Assembly: GCA_005222975.1 (NCBI GenBank)
Contig: NJBI01000001.1
Location: forward strand, 32,001-96,000
Direction: 5' to 3'
Source of the DNA: Promethearchaeota archaeon Loki_b31
Lineage (GTDB): Archaea > Asgardarchaeota > Lokiarchaeia > Sigyniarchaeales > SOKP01
DNA length: 64,000 nucleotides
Numbering within the stretch: the first letter of the stretch is position 1; each line of letters opens with the position of its first letter. The notes below the pieces were generated by a model. That model searched no databases and was not told the DNA's origin. It saw nothing but the letters and a program-made list of their open reading frames with translations. The position numbers and the translations under genes were made by a program. Positions 1 through 10,522 of the stretch are shown in pieces.

Positions 1-214
1 CTATTTCTTTCGGTTTTAAGTTAACATTCTTAGGCATAGAGATAATAACTGCATCGTAAATTCGTGCTTTCTCTAACGCGTAAAAACCAGCTTCGATTTT
101 TCCTAATTTATAAGCAGATGCAAATAAGAACTGAGTGAAATCCGAATAGCTAGAAGCTTCTAAAGTTAACATATTATTGTGACTATAGTCTAAGCCAACA
201 GCAATGTTTTTCAT
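1..214 (-). CDS. Partial CDS (N-terminus only), GIFT/DUF4350-like (class I GATase-like fold) domain protein
   Basis: Not in the ORF track. Reading from ATG at 214 gives MKNIAVGLDYSHNNMLTLEASSYSDFTQFL...YDAVIISMPKNVNLKPKEI, open to the window edge. The D-x-S-H-N start and YD-hydrophobic-P...EI pattern resemble GIFT/DUF4350 domains. Confidence 0.55.
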   Translation of the reverse strand, partial: MKNIAVGLDYSHNNMLTLEASSYSDFTQFLFASAYKLGKIEAGFYALEKARIYDAVIISMPKNVNLKPKEI

Positions 215-409
215 AATAAATACTTCTTTGTAGTAATTTTAATAATTTTATTCTAAAATATAATAATTTCTACTTTTATATATTTTACAATATAATTCTT
301 ATTTTTTTACTCACTTAAAGAGAATAATAAAACCAAGTAATATTTCCATTTTATAAGATTGTAAAATGTTGATTTAGTTAAAAAAAAAAGAAAAAAAGTT
401 AAATAAGGA

Positions 410-1513
410 TTAGATTTTGACAACAATGTTTTTTCTTGCTAGCAGCATTGCGATTCTTGCTTCTATAACAATTGGTAAAACGCCAACCAGAATCATAGTG
501 AGTATGGGGTTTGCTATAAGAAAATCTCTATAACCATCTGCTAAAAAGCCAACATATTGATCGAAGATAAATGCTATAATGAACAAAAGTAGCATGTTTT
601 TTCCCATTTCGGAAAGCACGGGGACTTTAAAATTCATTTTCTCAAATCCATAAAAGACTGCGATCAAGAATCCAGAAGCAGCTATTGCTAACAAAGCAAG
701 AGAGGTTGTGGCGTCGTGATGCTCTGCGGATTGAATCCAGTCAAAGCAATAAAATGTTATAATCGCAATTGTAGACACTGGAAGAATTCTTTTCTTAAAC
801 CCAACGTTAGGATCAATAGGATCAAGTTTGTACCATTGAGAAAAGCAAGTACCTGCTATCGCAATGGCGGCGTGATTAAGAGCGTTCCACGGAAATATTA
901 GAGGTCCATCGACTGGTCCATAATGGTCAAAACCTGGGAGAAAATATAATGCAGCGTGTAAAATTAGTATGCCCATACATAAATAGATTCTATAATCCGC
1001 TTTTTTTGGAATAAGAAATACGCTTAAATAAGCTGCGAATGAGCCAATTGCCAGATTTGCGAGCGTTCCTTTGTATAGAACCTCATCCCAAGGAATAGAA
1101 CCTTCAAGGAGCAAACCCCCAATTAAACCGTCAGCCAATAAGGCTAAGCCATATAGAACAGCAACCCTTATAATACCGTGTTTCCACGCCGCGCCAATAC
1201 CTTTCTTATCTCTTCTACTAGTAAATGCGATAAAACCAACGTACCCTAATATAAACATGAATATTTGTTGGCCGATGTCTATAATAGTGATTATCGCTGG
1301 ATATCCTTTATAATATTGAAAACCATGGTTTAAAAGAGGGGGTCCTATTGGAGTAACACTACCTAAAAAATCACCCGATAACGGCCAAGTAATTACAGAG
1401 ACGATCAATAAAATAATAATTAAGCCCCGGAATTGATCTAACCACTCGTATCGTTTGTGTAATTGTTCCGTTCTTTCTGATTCAGCTTCAATCTTTTCTT
1501 CAGACATTTTCAA
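410..1513 (-). CDS. Multi-pass membrane protein, heparan-alpha-glucosaminide N-acetyltransferase (DUF1624/DUF5009)-like
   Basis: N-terminal RYEWLDQFRGL motif (R-x-x-x-LD-x-FRG) and about 10 hydrophobic segments. Confidence 0.65.
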   Translation of the reverse strand: MKMSEEKIEAESERTEQLHKRYEWLDQFRGLIIILLIVSVITWPLSGDFLGSVTPIGPPLLNHGFQYYKGYPAIITIIDIGQQIFMFILGYVGFIAFTSRRDKKGIGAAWKHGIIRVAVLYGLALLADGLIGGLLLEGSIPWDEVLYKGTLANLAIGSFAAYLSVFLIPKKADYRIYLCMGILILHAALYFLPGFDHYGPVDGPLIFPWNALNHAAIAIAGTCFSQWYKLDPIDPNVGFKKRILPVSTIAIITFYCFDWIQSAEHHDATTSLALLAIAASGFLIAVFYGFEKMNFKVPVLSEMGKNMLLLFIIAFIFDQYVGFLADGYRDFLIANPILTMILVGVLPIVIEARIAMLLARKNIVVKI

Positions 1514-1803
1514 TCATTTTTTTCGATTCATATTGATTAAATGTTAAGTTTTTTGTATGAGAATTTAAATAATTTATTTAACATTCATTTAAATAGAGAA
1601 TTATGGTTTTAGCAATGAAGATGTAATTTAAGTATACAAATTTTATAACATTTAATCTTCATATTATAAAATTAAAAAAAATACTGTAATTATTAGTTTT
1701 GATCGATATGAATTTAAAAATTTCGCTTTAAAAAAACTAACTTTATTATAAGATTACGACGAATTAAAATTAATTTTATAACTTTTATACATGTGAGCTA
1801 AAT

Positions 1804-3258
1804 ATGAAGAAAAGGGAGCTTATTTCGTTATTTTTCTTTTTATCTTTAATCTTAATCATTTTAATGGACAGTGCTTTATTCCTTCCTAATGAAGTTTTAA
1901 TTGCTGCAGATTTAGGTATATATTTTGATAGTATAGGGATCATCATTAGCGTCTATACAATCGTTAATGGAGTTTCGATACTTATGTTTGGTTATTTAAC
2001 AGATTTGATACAAAGAAAAAAGATTTTAATTTTTGCGGGGTGTTTATGGTCAATAACGGCGATACTACACATATTTATAGAAGAATTTTGGCAATTAATC
2101 CTTACTAGAATCGTTGCTGCGATTGCTGTAAGCGTAACAACTCCACTTGTAATTTCTTATTTAGCTGATATAATCTCATCGGATTCTCGTTCAAAATCTT
2201 TCGCCTTCTGGGGTTTAATATCATCTATTGGAAGTCTCGTTGCTGGAGCAATTGCTTTAGCGTTTAACGCGATTGACTATGGAGCGATTGAATTGTTAAG
2301 CATTCCTGAAAAAATTGACTTTATTGCCATTACTTATCCCGAATTTTTATACACATGGCGGTTACCGTACTTTTTCCTGGGAATTATTGCGCTTATTTTT
2401 ACTATACTGAATTTTTTTATTACCGTAGAACCTAAAAGAGCGGCAAAAGAGAAATCTTTAGAAAATGTTTTAACAAACGACGACATGCGCTATTCATATA
2501 AAATTAAATTTTCAGATTTGAAGTTTATTTTAAAAAGAAAGTCAAACTTCTTTTTAATGTTTAACTTTTTCGATGTTATTGCTTCCGGACTATTAGTAGC
2601 TTATATATTTCCTTATATTCAACTTGAAATTGGTGTTAATGTCGTTGATCTCAAGGTTATTATTTTATTATTGTTTGCGGTGGTGTTAGGATTAATCATT
2701 GGTCAGTTTGGGCTTGCACATTGGGGAGATAAAAAAGTTCAAAATGGAGATCTCTCTGGTAGGGTGAAGGTAGCGGTAATTTGTTCAATTTTAAATCTAC
2801 CATTTCTCTTATTTGCATTTGCGATGTCGCCTAATGTAACGAGCTCAACTTTCTTTTTTGGTGCTTTATTAGTCAACGATGTCGTATTTTGGGTTTTATG
2901 GTTAATTTATTGCATGTTTATAGGGCTTGGTCTTGCTTTTACAATGGGTATTGGTCCTAACTGGTATAGTTCTCTTATTGACATAAATTTTCCCGAAAAT
3001 CGCGGTACCGTGATTGCGGTGGGCTCCTTTATTGACACTATAGGGCGAGCATCAGGCGCCATTATTGGCGGCTTCGTGGTTACTATGACAGGTAGTTTTT
3101 CTGCTACAATTTTTTGGTCCACGCTAATTTTTGGACTAATTTCTATTTGCTTTTGGGTTCCACTTTTCTTTACTGCTGAAAAAGATTATTTAGAAATAAA
3201 TGAAATTATGAAAAAACGAGCGGTCTTGATAACCGATCAAGAAGTAAGAGACGAGTAA
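1804..3258 (+). CDS. MFS transporter (spinster-like)
   Basis: About 12 TM segments; motif A GYLTDLIQRKK; INFPENRG in the C-terminal half. Paralogue of the genes at 36881 and 38430. Confidence 0.85.
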   Translation: MKKRELISLFFFLSLILIILMDSALFLPNEVLIAADLGIYFDSIGIIISVYTIVNGVSILMFGYLTDLIQRKKILIFAGCLWSITAILHIFIEEFWQLILTRIVAAIAVSVTTPLVISYLADIISSDSRSKSFAFWGLISSIGSLVAGAIALAFNAIDYGAIELLSIPEKIDFIAITYPEFLYTWRLPYFFLGIIALIFTILNFFITVEPKRAAKEKSLENVLTNDDMRYSYKIKFSDLKFILKRKSNFFLMFNFFDVIASGLLVAYIFPYIQLEIGVNVVDLKVIILLLFAVVLGLIIGQFGLAHWGDKKVQNGDLSGRVKVAVICSILNLPFLLFAFAMSPNVTSSTFFFGALLVNDVVFWVLWLIYCMFIGLGLAFTMGIGPNWYSSLIDINFPENRGTVIAVGSFIDTIGRASGAIIGGFVVTMTGSFSATIFWSTLIFGLISICFWVPLFFTAEKDYLEINEIMKKRAVLITDQEVRDE

Positions 3259-3265
3259 AAGCATC

Positions 3266-4123
3266 CTAATCTTTAGATACTAAGATATCAACAACGATGT
3301 GGTATAAATGTGGACCATAACTTTTTACAAATCTTTTTGATAATAGCTTGCATTTATAATTACTCATTTCCGCAATTTCTTTAAATTCATTGAACAAACT
3401 TAGGTAATTTTCTTTCATAGCAACACCTTCATAATGAAAGGTTGTTCCACTCTCCTTTATTAAAGTTAAAGCCTCTTTAATAAAGTCTTTTGGAGCTGGA
3501 AAAACACCCATAATCACGCGGTCAGCTCTCACTCCAGATTTACTCAATTTAATAACCTCGGTTTTACTATCGCCATTAATTGGGATAATAATATTATCGA
3601 GACGATTAATTTTGATATTTTCAGTTAAAAATTTAAAGGATTCAAGGTTGAGTTCTATACTATATATTATTTTTGGCTTCGAATGTTTCGCGATTGGCAA
3701 AGAAAAGTATCCAATACCCGCGAACATGTCAACAATTACCTCATTTTCTTTTACTAATGTAGATAAAAATTTTCTTTCGTTCAGATTTCCCATACTAAAC
3801 ATTATCTTAGTAAAATCGAATCTATAGATAACTCCGTGTTCTTTATGTTCCACAATTGGATTATCTTCTCCCACTAAAAACACGATATTTTCTGGTGTTC
3901 TATATCTTCCTTTAATTTTGCCCATGTTTAAATAAACGGATTTAGTACTCGGTAAAAGTTCCATATACTTTTTTGCAATAAGGATTTTTTTTTCCAGCAA
4001 TACGGGATTTAATCTTATTATTATTACTCTACCTATAGATTGGAAACCTCGGGGAAGAACGGATAATTCTTCGTCGCTCAGTATTTCTCTTAACTTTTCC
4101 TTGAAGTTATCTTTAAATCCCAT
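3266..4123 (-). CDS. taw2: Trm5/Taw2 (TYW2)-family SAM-dependent tRNA modification enzyme
   Basis: HKEHG...KIMFSMGNLNER, VDMFAGIGYF and DRVIMG motifs. Confidence 0.75.
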   Translation of the reverse strand: MGFKDNFKEKLREILSDEELSVLPRGFQSIGRVIIIRLNPVLLEKKILIAKKYMELLPSTKSVYLNMGKIKGRYRTPENIVFLVGEDNPIVEHKEHGVIYRFDFTKIMFSMGNLNERKFLSTLVKENEVIVDMFAGIGYFSLPIAKHSKPKIIYSIELNLESFKFLTENIKINRLDNIIIPINGDSKTEVIKLSKSGVRADRVIMGVFPAPKDFIKEALTLIKESGTTFHYEGVAMKENYLSLFNEFKEIAEMSNYKCKLLSKRFVKSYGPHLYHIVVDILVSKD

Positions 4124-4273
4124 AAATGTTCAAAATTGTTAATTAATAAATTGAAACTAAAATCAAATCAAGTTAAATTATTATATTATATTATATCAAA
4201 CATATTATAATAATAGAAAATTTTACTATTATCTAAATATAAAATATGGTACTGAAAAATTAGTGGATAAAAA

Positions 4274-6133
4274 ATGACAAGTTTAAATGATAAAGAATAT
4301 TTAGTCGACGAGAATAAAGTATGGTTTACTGGAGGTTACTGGCCTGAAGGCGTTCCAAAGCAACTTAAGGACGTGGAAGGCATTGATATAACGCCGCTGT
4401 GGAAGGGATTTATTAAGTCTGCTGATGATTATGGAATATGGGATAGTGATATTTGTATATTTGCTTATGGTTCATACATGGAAAGAGTTAAACTAAGAAA
4501 ATTATTTGAGTACGCAAAAAAATTTGGTACATTCCTTTACCATACATTAGGTATCAGAAAAGGAGATGTCGTAGCAATTGATCTTCCTAATTCTATAAAT
4601 TTTGTTGTTGCCTATATGGGTTGTCAATATATTGGTGCAATTGTACAAGGTATTAATCCTACATATAAACCAATGGAGTTATTACATGCTCTAACAATGA
4701 CGAAGGCGAAAGTTTTAGTACTAATGGATATGCTATATATCGCAGGACCTGCTACTATCCTTCCAAAAACTAGCATAAAGTATTTAATACCTTCGAATTT
4801 TACCGATTTTTTAACTGCTGATGAGGAAACTATACAACAACTTGGAATTCCAAGTGCAAAAGATAAAATTCCTAGTGAAACAGAAGATTATAAAGTTTAT
4901 TGGATGAATCAAATAATTAAAGAAACCGAACCAAAAGATATTACCGTAGATATAGACCCATGGGCCGATCCCGCAGTATATCTTATGACAGGTGGAACAA
5001 CGGGGTTACCCAAAGTCGCTATGCTTAGTCATGCAAATCTCATCTCAAATTTATATATGATTAAACCGTGGACAAATCTCGAACCAGGTATGGTAACAAT
5101 TGGCAGCATACCTTTTTTCCATAGTTTTGGGTTAACATGTGTTATGTCGGGAGCTTTATCTTTAGGAATGCAAATGCTTCTATTTCCAAAGCCCCCTTCA
5201 GACGATGTTTTATCCGAGACAATAAATAAAATTGATGCCCCTCAAGGTATTATATATACTGGCGTTGAAATGCTATTTAAGAGATTGACTGATTATGTAG
5301 ACGAACTGGGCGTTGAGGCGTATAAAAAGAAGTATGATTTTACGGAAAAATTAAAATATGCTACACAAGGAGCGGGACCTCTCCACGATTATGTTCGCAT
5401 TCCTTTTGAAAATATCTTTTGCCCGATACGAGTTGGTTATGGTTTAACAGAAACATCTCCTGTAGTAAGTATAGCACCATTTTGGGGCCCAAATAAGTCT
5501 GGAAAGTTAGGATTACCCATCCCTGGTACCGATTGGGCTATTTTTGATTCCGAAAATTTTGAAGCTGGACCAATTTGCGATGGAACTCTTGAAAAAAATA
5601 ATTTTGGCGTAGAACATACAGGTGAAATCTGTGTTGCAGGCCCTCAAATCATGCTGGGTTATTTAGGAAAACAAAAGGAACTGGAAGATAACCTTAAAAT
5701 GTGGGGTGGAAAACGCTGGCTACTTACGGGAGATATTGGATTTATGGACGAGCACGGTTTCTGTGAAATAAGAGATAGGAAGAAATCGCTAATTAAAGTT
5801 TCTGGTCATTCTGTATATCCAAAAGAAGTCGAGGAATTAATGGGACACCATCCTGCAATAGATCAAGTTGCTGTAGCTGGATTGCCAGACGAAAGTACTG
5901 GTGAAAAGGTGAAAGCATGGGTCATATTAAAGAAAGGGTTTAAAGTTGGAAAGAATATCGAAGTAGAAGATATTAAGAAATGGTGCTTGGAAAATATGGC
6001 CAAATGGAAGAGCCCAAGACTAGTCGAGGTCGCTCGAAAACTCCCCGTGTCAATAACTGGAAAAGTACAGAGAAGAGAACTCCAAGAAAAAGATATAACA
6101 AAAATGGAAAGCGGAAAAGAAATAAAAGGTTAA
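4274..6133 (+). CDS. Long-chain fatty acid-CoA ligase (AMP-binding enzyme)
   Basis: MTGGTTGLPK, GYGLTE, TGDIG, DRKK and GKVQRR adenylation motifs. Confidence 0.9.
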   Translation: MTSLNDKEYLVDENKVWFTGGYWPEGVPKQLKDVEGIDITPLWKGFIKSADDYGIWDSDICIFAYGSYMERVKLRKLFEYAKKFGTFLYHTLGIRKGDVVAIDLPNSINFVVAYMGCQYIGAIVQGINPTYKPMELLHALTMTKAKVLVLMDMLYIAGPATILPKTSIKYLIPSNFTDFLTADEETIQQLGIPSAKDKIPSETEDYKVYWMNQIIKETEPKDITVDIDPWADPAVYLMTGGTTGLPKVAMLSHANLISNLYMIKPWTNLEPGMVTIGSIPFFHSFGLTCVMSGALSLGMQMLLFPKPPSDDVLSETINKIDAPQGIIYTGVEMLFKRLTDYVDELGVEAYKKKYDFTEKLKYATQGAGPLHDYVRIPFENIFCPIRVGYGLTETSPVVSIAPFWGPNKSGKLGLPIPGTDWAIFDSENFEAGPICDGTLEKNNFGVEHTGEICVAGPQIMLGYLGKQKELEDNLKMWGGKRWLLTGDIGFMDEHGFCEIRDRKKSLIKVSGHSVYPKEVEELMGHHPAIDQVAVAGLPDESTGEKVKAWVILKKGFKVGKNIEVEDIKKWCLENMAKWKSPRLVEVARKLPVSITGKVQRRELQEKDITKMESGKEIKG

Positions 6134-6160
6134 TTTTTATAATAATTTTTTTTTTAAATA

Positions 6161-7786
6161 TTATTCATTCAAGCGTTTATACATTTTTTTCATAATTTTA
6201 TATATGTTTACATATTCACTAAAAAGCTTGTCGTATATAGCTCTGTTTTCTGAATTTGGTTTAAAGACATTTGAATATTCGATTAATTCGGGGATTTGGT
6301 CCCAAGTAAGGTACCCCAGCCCAACTGAAGCCATAAATGCAGCTCCGCGAGCATTTGTTTGTATTGGATCTTTAACTTGTTTAATTGTTCTATCGAGAAC
6401 ATCGGCGAAAATTTGACACCAAATTTTACTATTAGCTCCGCCACCAATTATACTCACTTCTGGTATAACAATGTCTTTTTTTATCATTCCTGGAGTATCT
6501 TTTATTTTCCTTTTTTGGATAAATTTCTCAAGATAAATAAACAACCATTTTATATTATAAGCGACACCTTCAAATATGGCTCTAATCAAATGCTCTCTTG
6601 ACATCTCTAAAGAAAGGTTATAAAATCCGCCTCTAATTGTGTGATCATCAACAGGTGATCTTTCTCCAATAAGCCAAGGGGTAAAAATAAGATTATTTGA
6701 ACCAGCAGGTACATTTTCTACCATTCTATCAAAAATTTTATAAACATCTGGTACAGCTTCTTCTCTTAACAATTCATCTTTATGATATAAAATTTTATCC
6801 CTTAGAAATGACAATGCTCCTCCAGCAATTTCCTGCTCATCAATTACCATATATCTACCAGGGATTCCCGACACAATTGCTCCAATGCTATGAAATATAT
6901 CTGTCTTTTTAAAAGGAATGTGGCAAATTACCCAGTCACTCGTACCAATATAAATATGTGTATCATAATCTTTGACAGCACCCGACCCGATTGCAGCGGA
7001 TGGAACATCAGGAGCTCCTGCTATAACTTTAACATTCTTTTCCAATCCTAATTCATCAGCAACTTCTTTTGTTATTGGACCCAGAATGTCAGTAGAATTT
7101 ACTAATTCAGAGGGTAATTTACTCTGATCTAATTTACACATTTTAATTAATTTTTTAGAATATTTTATTCTATTAATCTTTCTTATATCTGTTAACCAAT
7201 GTACTCCTATAGTTGTATAAGAAGAAGCAAACTTACCAGTTAATTTTAGATTTATATAATCTTGTGGTTCCAAAAACATGTAAGTTTTATCGTAAATTTC
7301 TGAATATTCGTTTTTTATAAATAACATATGTGCTATAGGATCCTTACCGCTCAAACCAGGAGCTCCACCAGTTCTTTTTACCCATTTTAACGCTTTTATT
7401 AGATTTATTCCAGAGAATTTTATTAAACCTTTGTAAATATTTTTTATATATGGAGCTCCTCGCGTATCCATCCATATTATCGCATTCATTAAATGATTTC
7501 CATTCTTATCTAAAGGTATTGTACCACTCCATTGACTCGTATTACAAACACCTACAATATCTTCAACTGAGACGAATCCACCATCTATAACTTTTTTAGA
7601 TGTTTTGAGAATGGCATTCCACCAATCGTTTGGGTCCTGTTCAACCCCGCCTCCCTTTTCTATGTGTAAAGGAACTTCTTGAAATGCCCAATCGACAACT
7701 TCACCATGGGTTGAGACTATAGCGGTCTTAGGTCCACCTGTACCATGATCAATTGCAAGAATATATTTTTTTTGTGAGTCTGACAT
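6161..7786 (-). CDS. FGGY-family carbohydrate kinase (xylulokinase-like)
   Basis: ILAIDHGTGGPK, IIWMDTR, GERSP, RAIFEGVA and GGGA motifs. Confidence 0.9.
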   Translation of the reverse strand: MSDSQKKYILAIDHGTGGPKTAIVSTHGEVVDWAFQEVPLHIEKGGGVEQDPNDWWNAILKTSKKVIDGGFVSVEDIVGVCNTSQWSGTIPLDKNGNHLMNAIIWMDTRGAPYIKNIYKGLIKFSGINLIKALKWVKRTGGAPGLSGKDPIAHMLFIKNEYSEIYDKTYMFLEPQDYINLKLTGKFASSYTTIGVHWLTDIRKINRIKYSKKLIKMCKLDQSKLPSELVNSTDILGPITKEVADELGLEKNVKVIAGAPDVPSAAIGSGAVKDYDTHIYIGTSDWVICHIPFKKTDIFHSIGAIVSGIPGRYMVIDEQEIAGGALSFLRDKILYHKDELLREEAVPDVYKIFDRMVENVPAGSNNLIFTPWLIGERSPVDDHTIRGGFYNLSLEMSREHLIRAIFEGVAYNIKWLFIYLEKFIQKRKIKDTPGMIKKDIVIPEVSIIGGGANSKIWCQIFADVLDRTIKQVKDPIQTNARGAAFMASVGLGYLTWDQIPELIEYSNVFKPNSENRAIYDKLFSEYVNIYKIMKKMYKRLNE

Positions 7787-7908
7787 ATTAAATATAAATG
7801 TTCTTAAGGTAAATAAAGATTTTTTTATGTAAGGCTTTCCTATTTAAATTAAGTCTTTTTAATTGACTATACTATTTAATAATTTAAAGAATTTTTTGGG
7901 GATTTTTT

Positions 7909-9306
7909 ATGGAATATGAGGAAAAAATAGCTAAAATTAAAAATATTGTTGATTTGCCTATTAGTAAATTTAAACCCGAAGAATTGAAGGGAATCATTGA
8001 GAGATACGAAAAAAATCACAAGAAATCTAAAGAGGCTTTTGAAAGGGCAAAAAAAATCATACCAGGGGGCGTAGAACATAATCTTGCTTTTAATTACCCT
8101 TTTCCTTTAGCTAGTAAAAGGGTTTTTGATTGTTATATGGAAACTGTAGACGACGTTATATTAACAGATTTCTTAATGGATGGAGGACCAATAATTCTTG
8201 GTCATAATCACCCTATTTTAACCGAAAAGATTATTGAAGTTATAAGAGAAATTGGTCCATGTCACGGAATAACTCACAAATACGAATATCTTGCTGCTGA
8301 AGAACTTCAGAAACATTTTCCATCTTGTGAAGTTATAAGATGGCTTCAAACTGGAACAGAAGCAGATATGCTTGCTATAAGGATTGCCAGAGTTGCTACA
8401 AATCGTAAATGGGTTATTAAAATAGGTGGCAGTTATCACGGATGGTCAGATCAATTGGTTTACGATATGCACGTTCCTGGAACAAAACTATTAGAATCTC
8501 ATGGGATTCCAAAATCAATATTTAAATGGATTGATTCTTGTCCTCCCAACGACATTGAAGTATTACGTCAGATGTTTAAGGAGAAGCGCAAAGTAGCTGC
8601 CGTAATCATCGAACCTATGGGAGGTGAGTCAGGGGCCAATCCTGTGAGACCTGGTTTTAATAAGGAAGTAGAAGAATTGTGCCATGAAAATGGAGCATTA
8701 TTGATTTCAGACGAAGTTGTGTGTGCTTTTAGGTTACATATGGGTGGGGGTCAAGCATATTACGGTTATACTCCGGATTTGTCTGTTTTTGGAAAAATTG
8801 TAGGACATGGGTATCCTTCTGCAGCCGCTATTGGTGGTAAGAAAGAGATTATGCGCTTTTGTGCAGCAGGAGTGGGTGGTGGTAAAAGAGCTTATAGTGG
8901 AGGGACATTAGCAGCAAATCCTTTAACATGTGCCGCTGCTTATCATGCGATGAAATTAGTTGAGGAAACGGGTGCAACAGAAAAAGCTGGAAAGGCAGGA
9001 GCCCGATTAGCAAATGGATTAAATGAAGTTTTCGCTAAATATGAATTACCGTGGTTTTCATATAATCTTGGCGGTACAGTTCATTTTCACACCTCGTGCC
9101 TTTTTGGTTTAAGTTTTGACATTTCTGAACAAGTAGGTCAGCTCCCGTCAAGAAAAAAGTTTATGGAACATATTGGTGCCGCTTTAGTGGATCAAGAAAT
9201 AATTTCCGTGGCTGGGAGTAGATTTTACATGTGTATTCTCCACTCTGACGAAATTGTAGACGAGACTATCGAAAAAATAGACCGTATCTGTCAGAAAATA
9301 GAATAA
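7909..9306 (+). CDS. Class III PLP-dependent aminotransferase (glutamate-1-semialdehyde aminomutase-like)
   Basis: GPIILGH, TGTEA, SYHG, LISDEV, FGK (PLP lysine) and GGTLAANP motifs. Confidence 0.85.
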   Translation: MEYEEKIAKIKNIVDLPISKFKPEELKGIIERYEKNHKKSKEAFERAKKIIPGGVEHNLAFNYPFPLASKRVFDCYMETVDDVILTDFLMDGGPIILGHNHPILTEKIIEVIREIGPCHGITHKYEYLAAEELQKHFPSCEVIRWLQTGTEADMLAIRIARVATNRKWVIKIGGSYHGWSDQLVYDMHVPGTKLLESHGIPKSIFKWIDSCPPNDIEVLRQMFKEKRKVAAVIIEPMGGESGANPVRPGFNKEVEELCHENGALLISDEVVCAFRLHMGGGQAYYGYTPDLSVFGKIVGHGYPSAAAIGGKKEIMRFCAAGVGGGKRAYSGGTLAANPLTCAAAYHAMKLVEETGATEKAGKAGARLANGLNEVFAKYELPWFSYNLGGTVHFHTSCLFGLSFDISEQVGQLPSRKKFMEHIGAALVDQEIISVAGSRFYMCILHSDEIVDETIEKIDRICQKIE

Positions 9307-9407
9307 TATTATATAATTTTTTTTAAAATTTTTAAAAGTAGGAAAAACAAACAAAAAACTTTATTTTCTCTAAACTCGAAATATTAATATTCTTAAACAA
9401 ATTTAAA

Positions 9408-10454
9408 GTGAAAGTTATGGGTAATCAAAATGAGATAACAGAACCGTCAAATTTATTTAACGACGTTGGTTCGCTTGTTCAACGCGGATGGGCAAGAAAA
9501 CCTTTATTAAAATACAATAAGGAAAAAATAGGTAAAGGTTGGACGAGAATAAAAGAATGGGACCATTTTTCTGTGTTAAACAAGGACTTCGGATTTCAGT
9601 TAACTATAGGGGATATAGGGTATTTGACTCAAATGAGTTATGTATGGCTCGATTTTAAAAGCAGGAAAAGAGACGGTAAAGGTTTGTTTAAATTCTTTAC
9701 AAAATCTAAAGTTCTTCCCTTAAACTCTTTAGAAGACAGCGTTATTGAGTTTCCAACCAAAAAATTTAACGCTACCATCTCGAAACAAGGCAATAAACGA
9801 ATTCTTACTATTGACGACCCCTCGTTTCAAAATAAGGGGATAAAAGGTACAATCACATTCCATGACGATCCAAAAATGGATAATACTGTGGTCGTGACTG
9901 GATATGACGATCCAAGGTTGTTTTACTACAACCATAAGATTAATTACATGCCTGCAGAAGGCTCTATTGCGATTGGAGATAAATCGTATACCTTTGAACC
10001 TGAAACATCTTTTGGACTCATGGACTGGGGGCGCGGGATATGGCCTTATAAAACGCGTTGGCTCTGGGGTTCTGGTTGTGGACTTGTCTCTGGAGTGCCG
10101 GTTGCTTTTAACATAGGCTATGGTTTCGGTTTAGTCGGTAGTAAAGAAGGTGCAACCCATACAGAAAACATCATTTTCTATGATGGAAAAGCTCATAAAA
10201 TTGATGAGATTACATTTCACCACGAAAATAGGGATCCTACAAAGCCCTGGAAGTTTACGAGCAACGATAATAGGTTTAATATGGTTTTGGAACCTATCAT
10301 ACCACATCGCGAAAAAATGAATTTTGGATTAATTTATCTTAACTCTTCCTTGATGCATGGTTTTTTTTCTGGCGAGCTAATTTTAGATAATGGAGAAAAG
10401 ATTCATATTGAAAAGATGTTAGGTCACGCTGAAGACATTTATTGGCGCTGGTAA
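9408..10454 (+). CDS. DUF2804-family protein
   Basis: GWARKP, RIKEWD, YYNHK, DWGRGIWPY, TEN and GHAED motifs. Confidence 0.75.
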   Translation: MKVMGNQNEITEPSNLFNDVGSLVQRGWARKPLLKYNKEKIGKGWTRIKEWDHFSVLNKDFGFQLTIGDIGYLTQMSYVWLDFKSRKRDGKGLFKFFTKSKVLPLNSLEDSVIEFPTKKFNATISKQGNKRILTIDDPSFQNKGIKGTITFHDDPKMDNTVVVTGYDDPRLFYYNHKINYMPAEGSIAIGDKSYTFEPETSFGLMDWGRGIWPYKTRWLWGSGCGLVSGVPVAFNIGYGFGLVGSKEGATHTENIIFYDGKAHKIDEITFHHENRDPTKPWKFTSNDNRFNMVLEPIIPHREKMNFGLIYLNSSLMHGFFSGELILDNGEKIHIEKMLGHAEDIYWRW

Positions 10455-10522
10455 AATCACGAAGATAAAATCCATATAGAAATAAAATTGTAAAGATAAA
10501 AAAAAAAATAAAATGAAATTAT

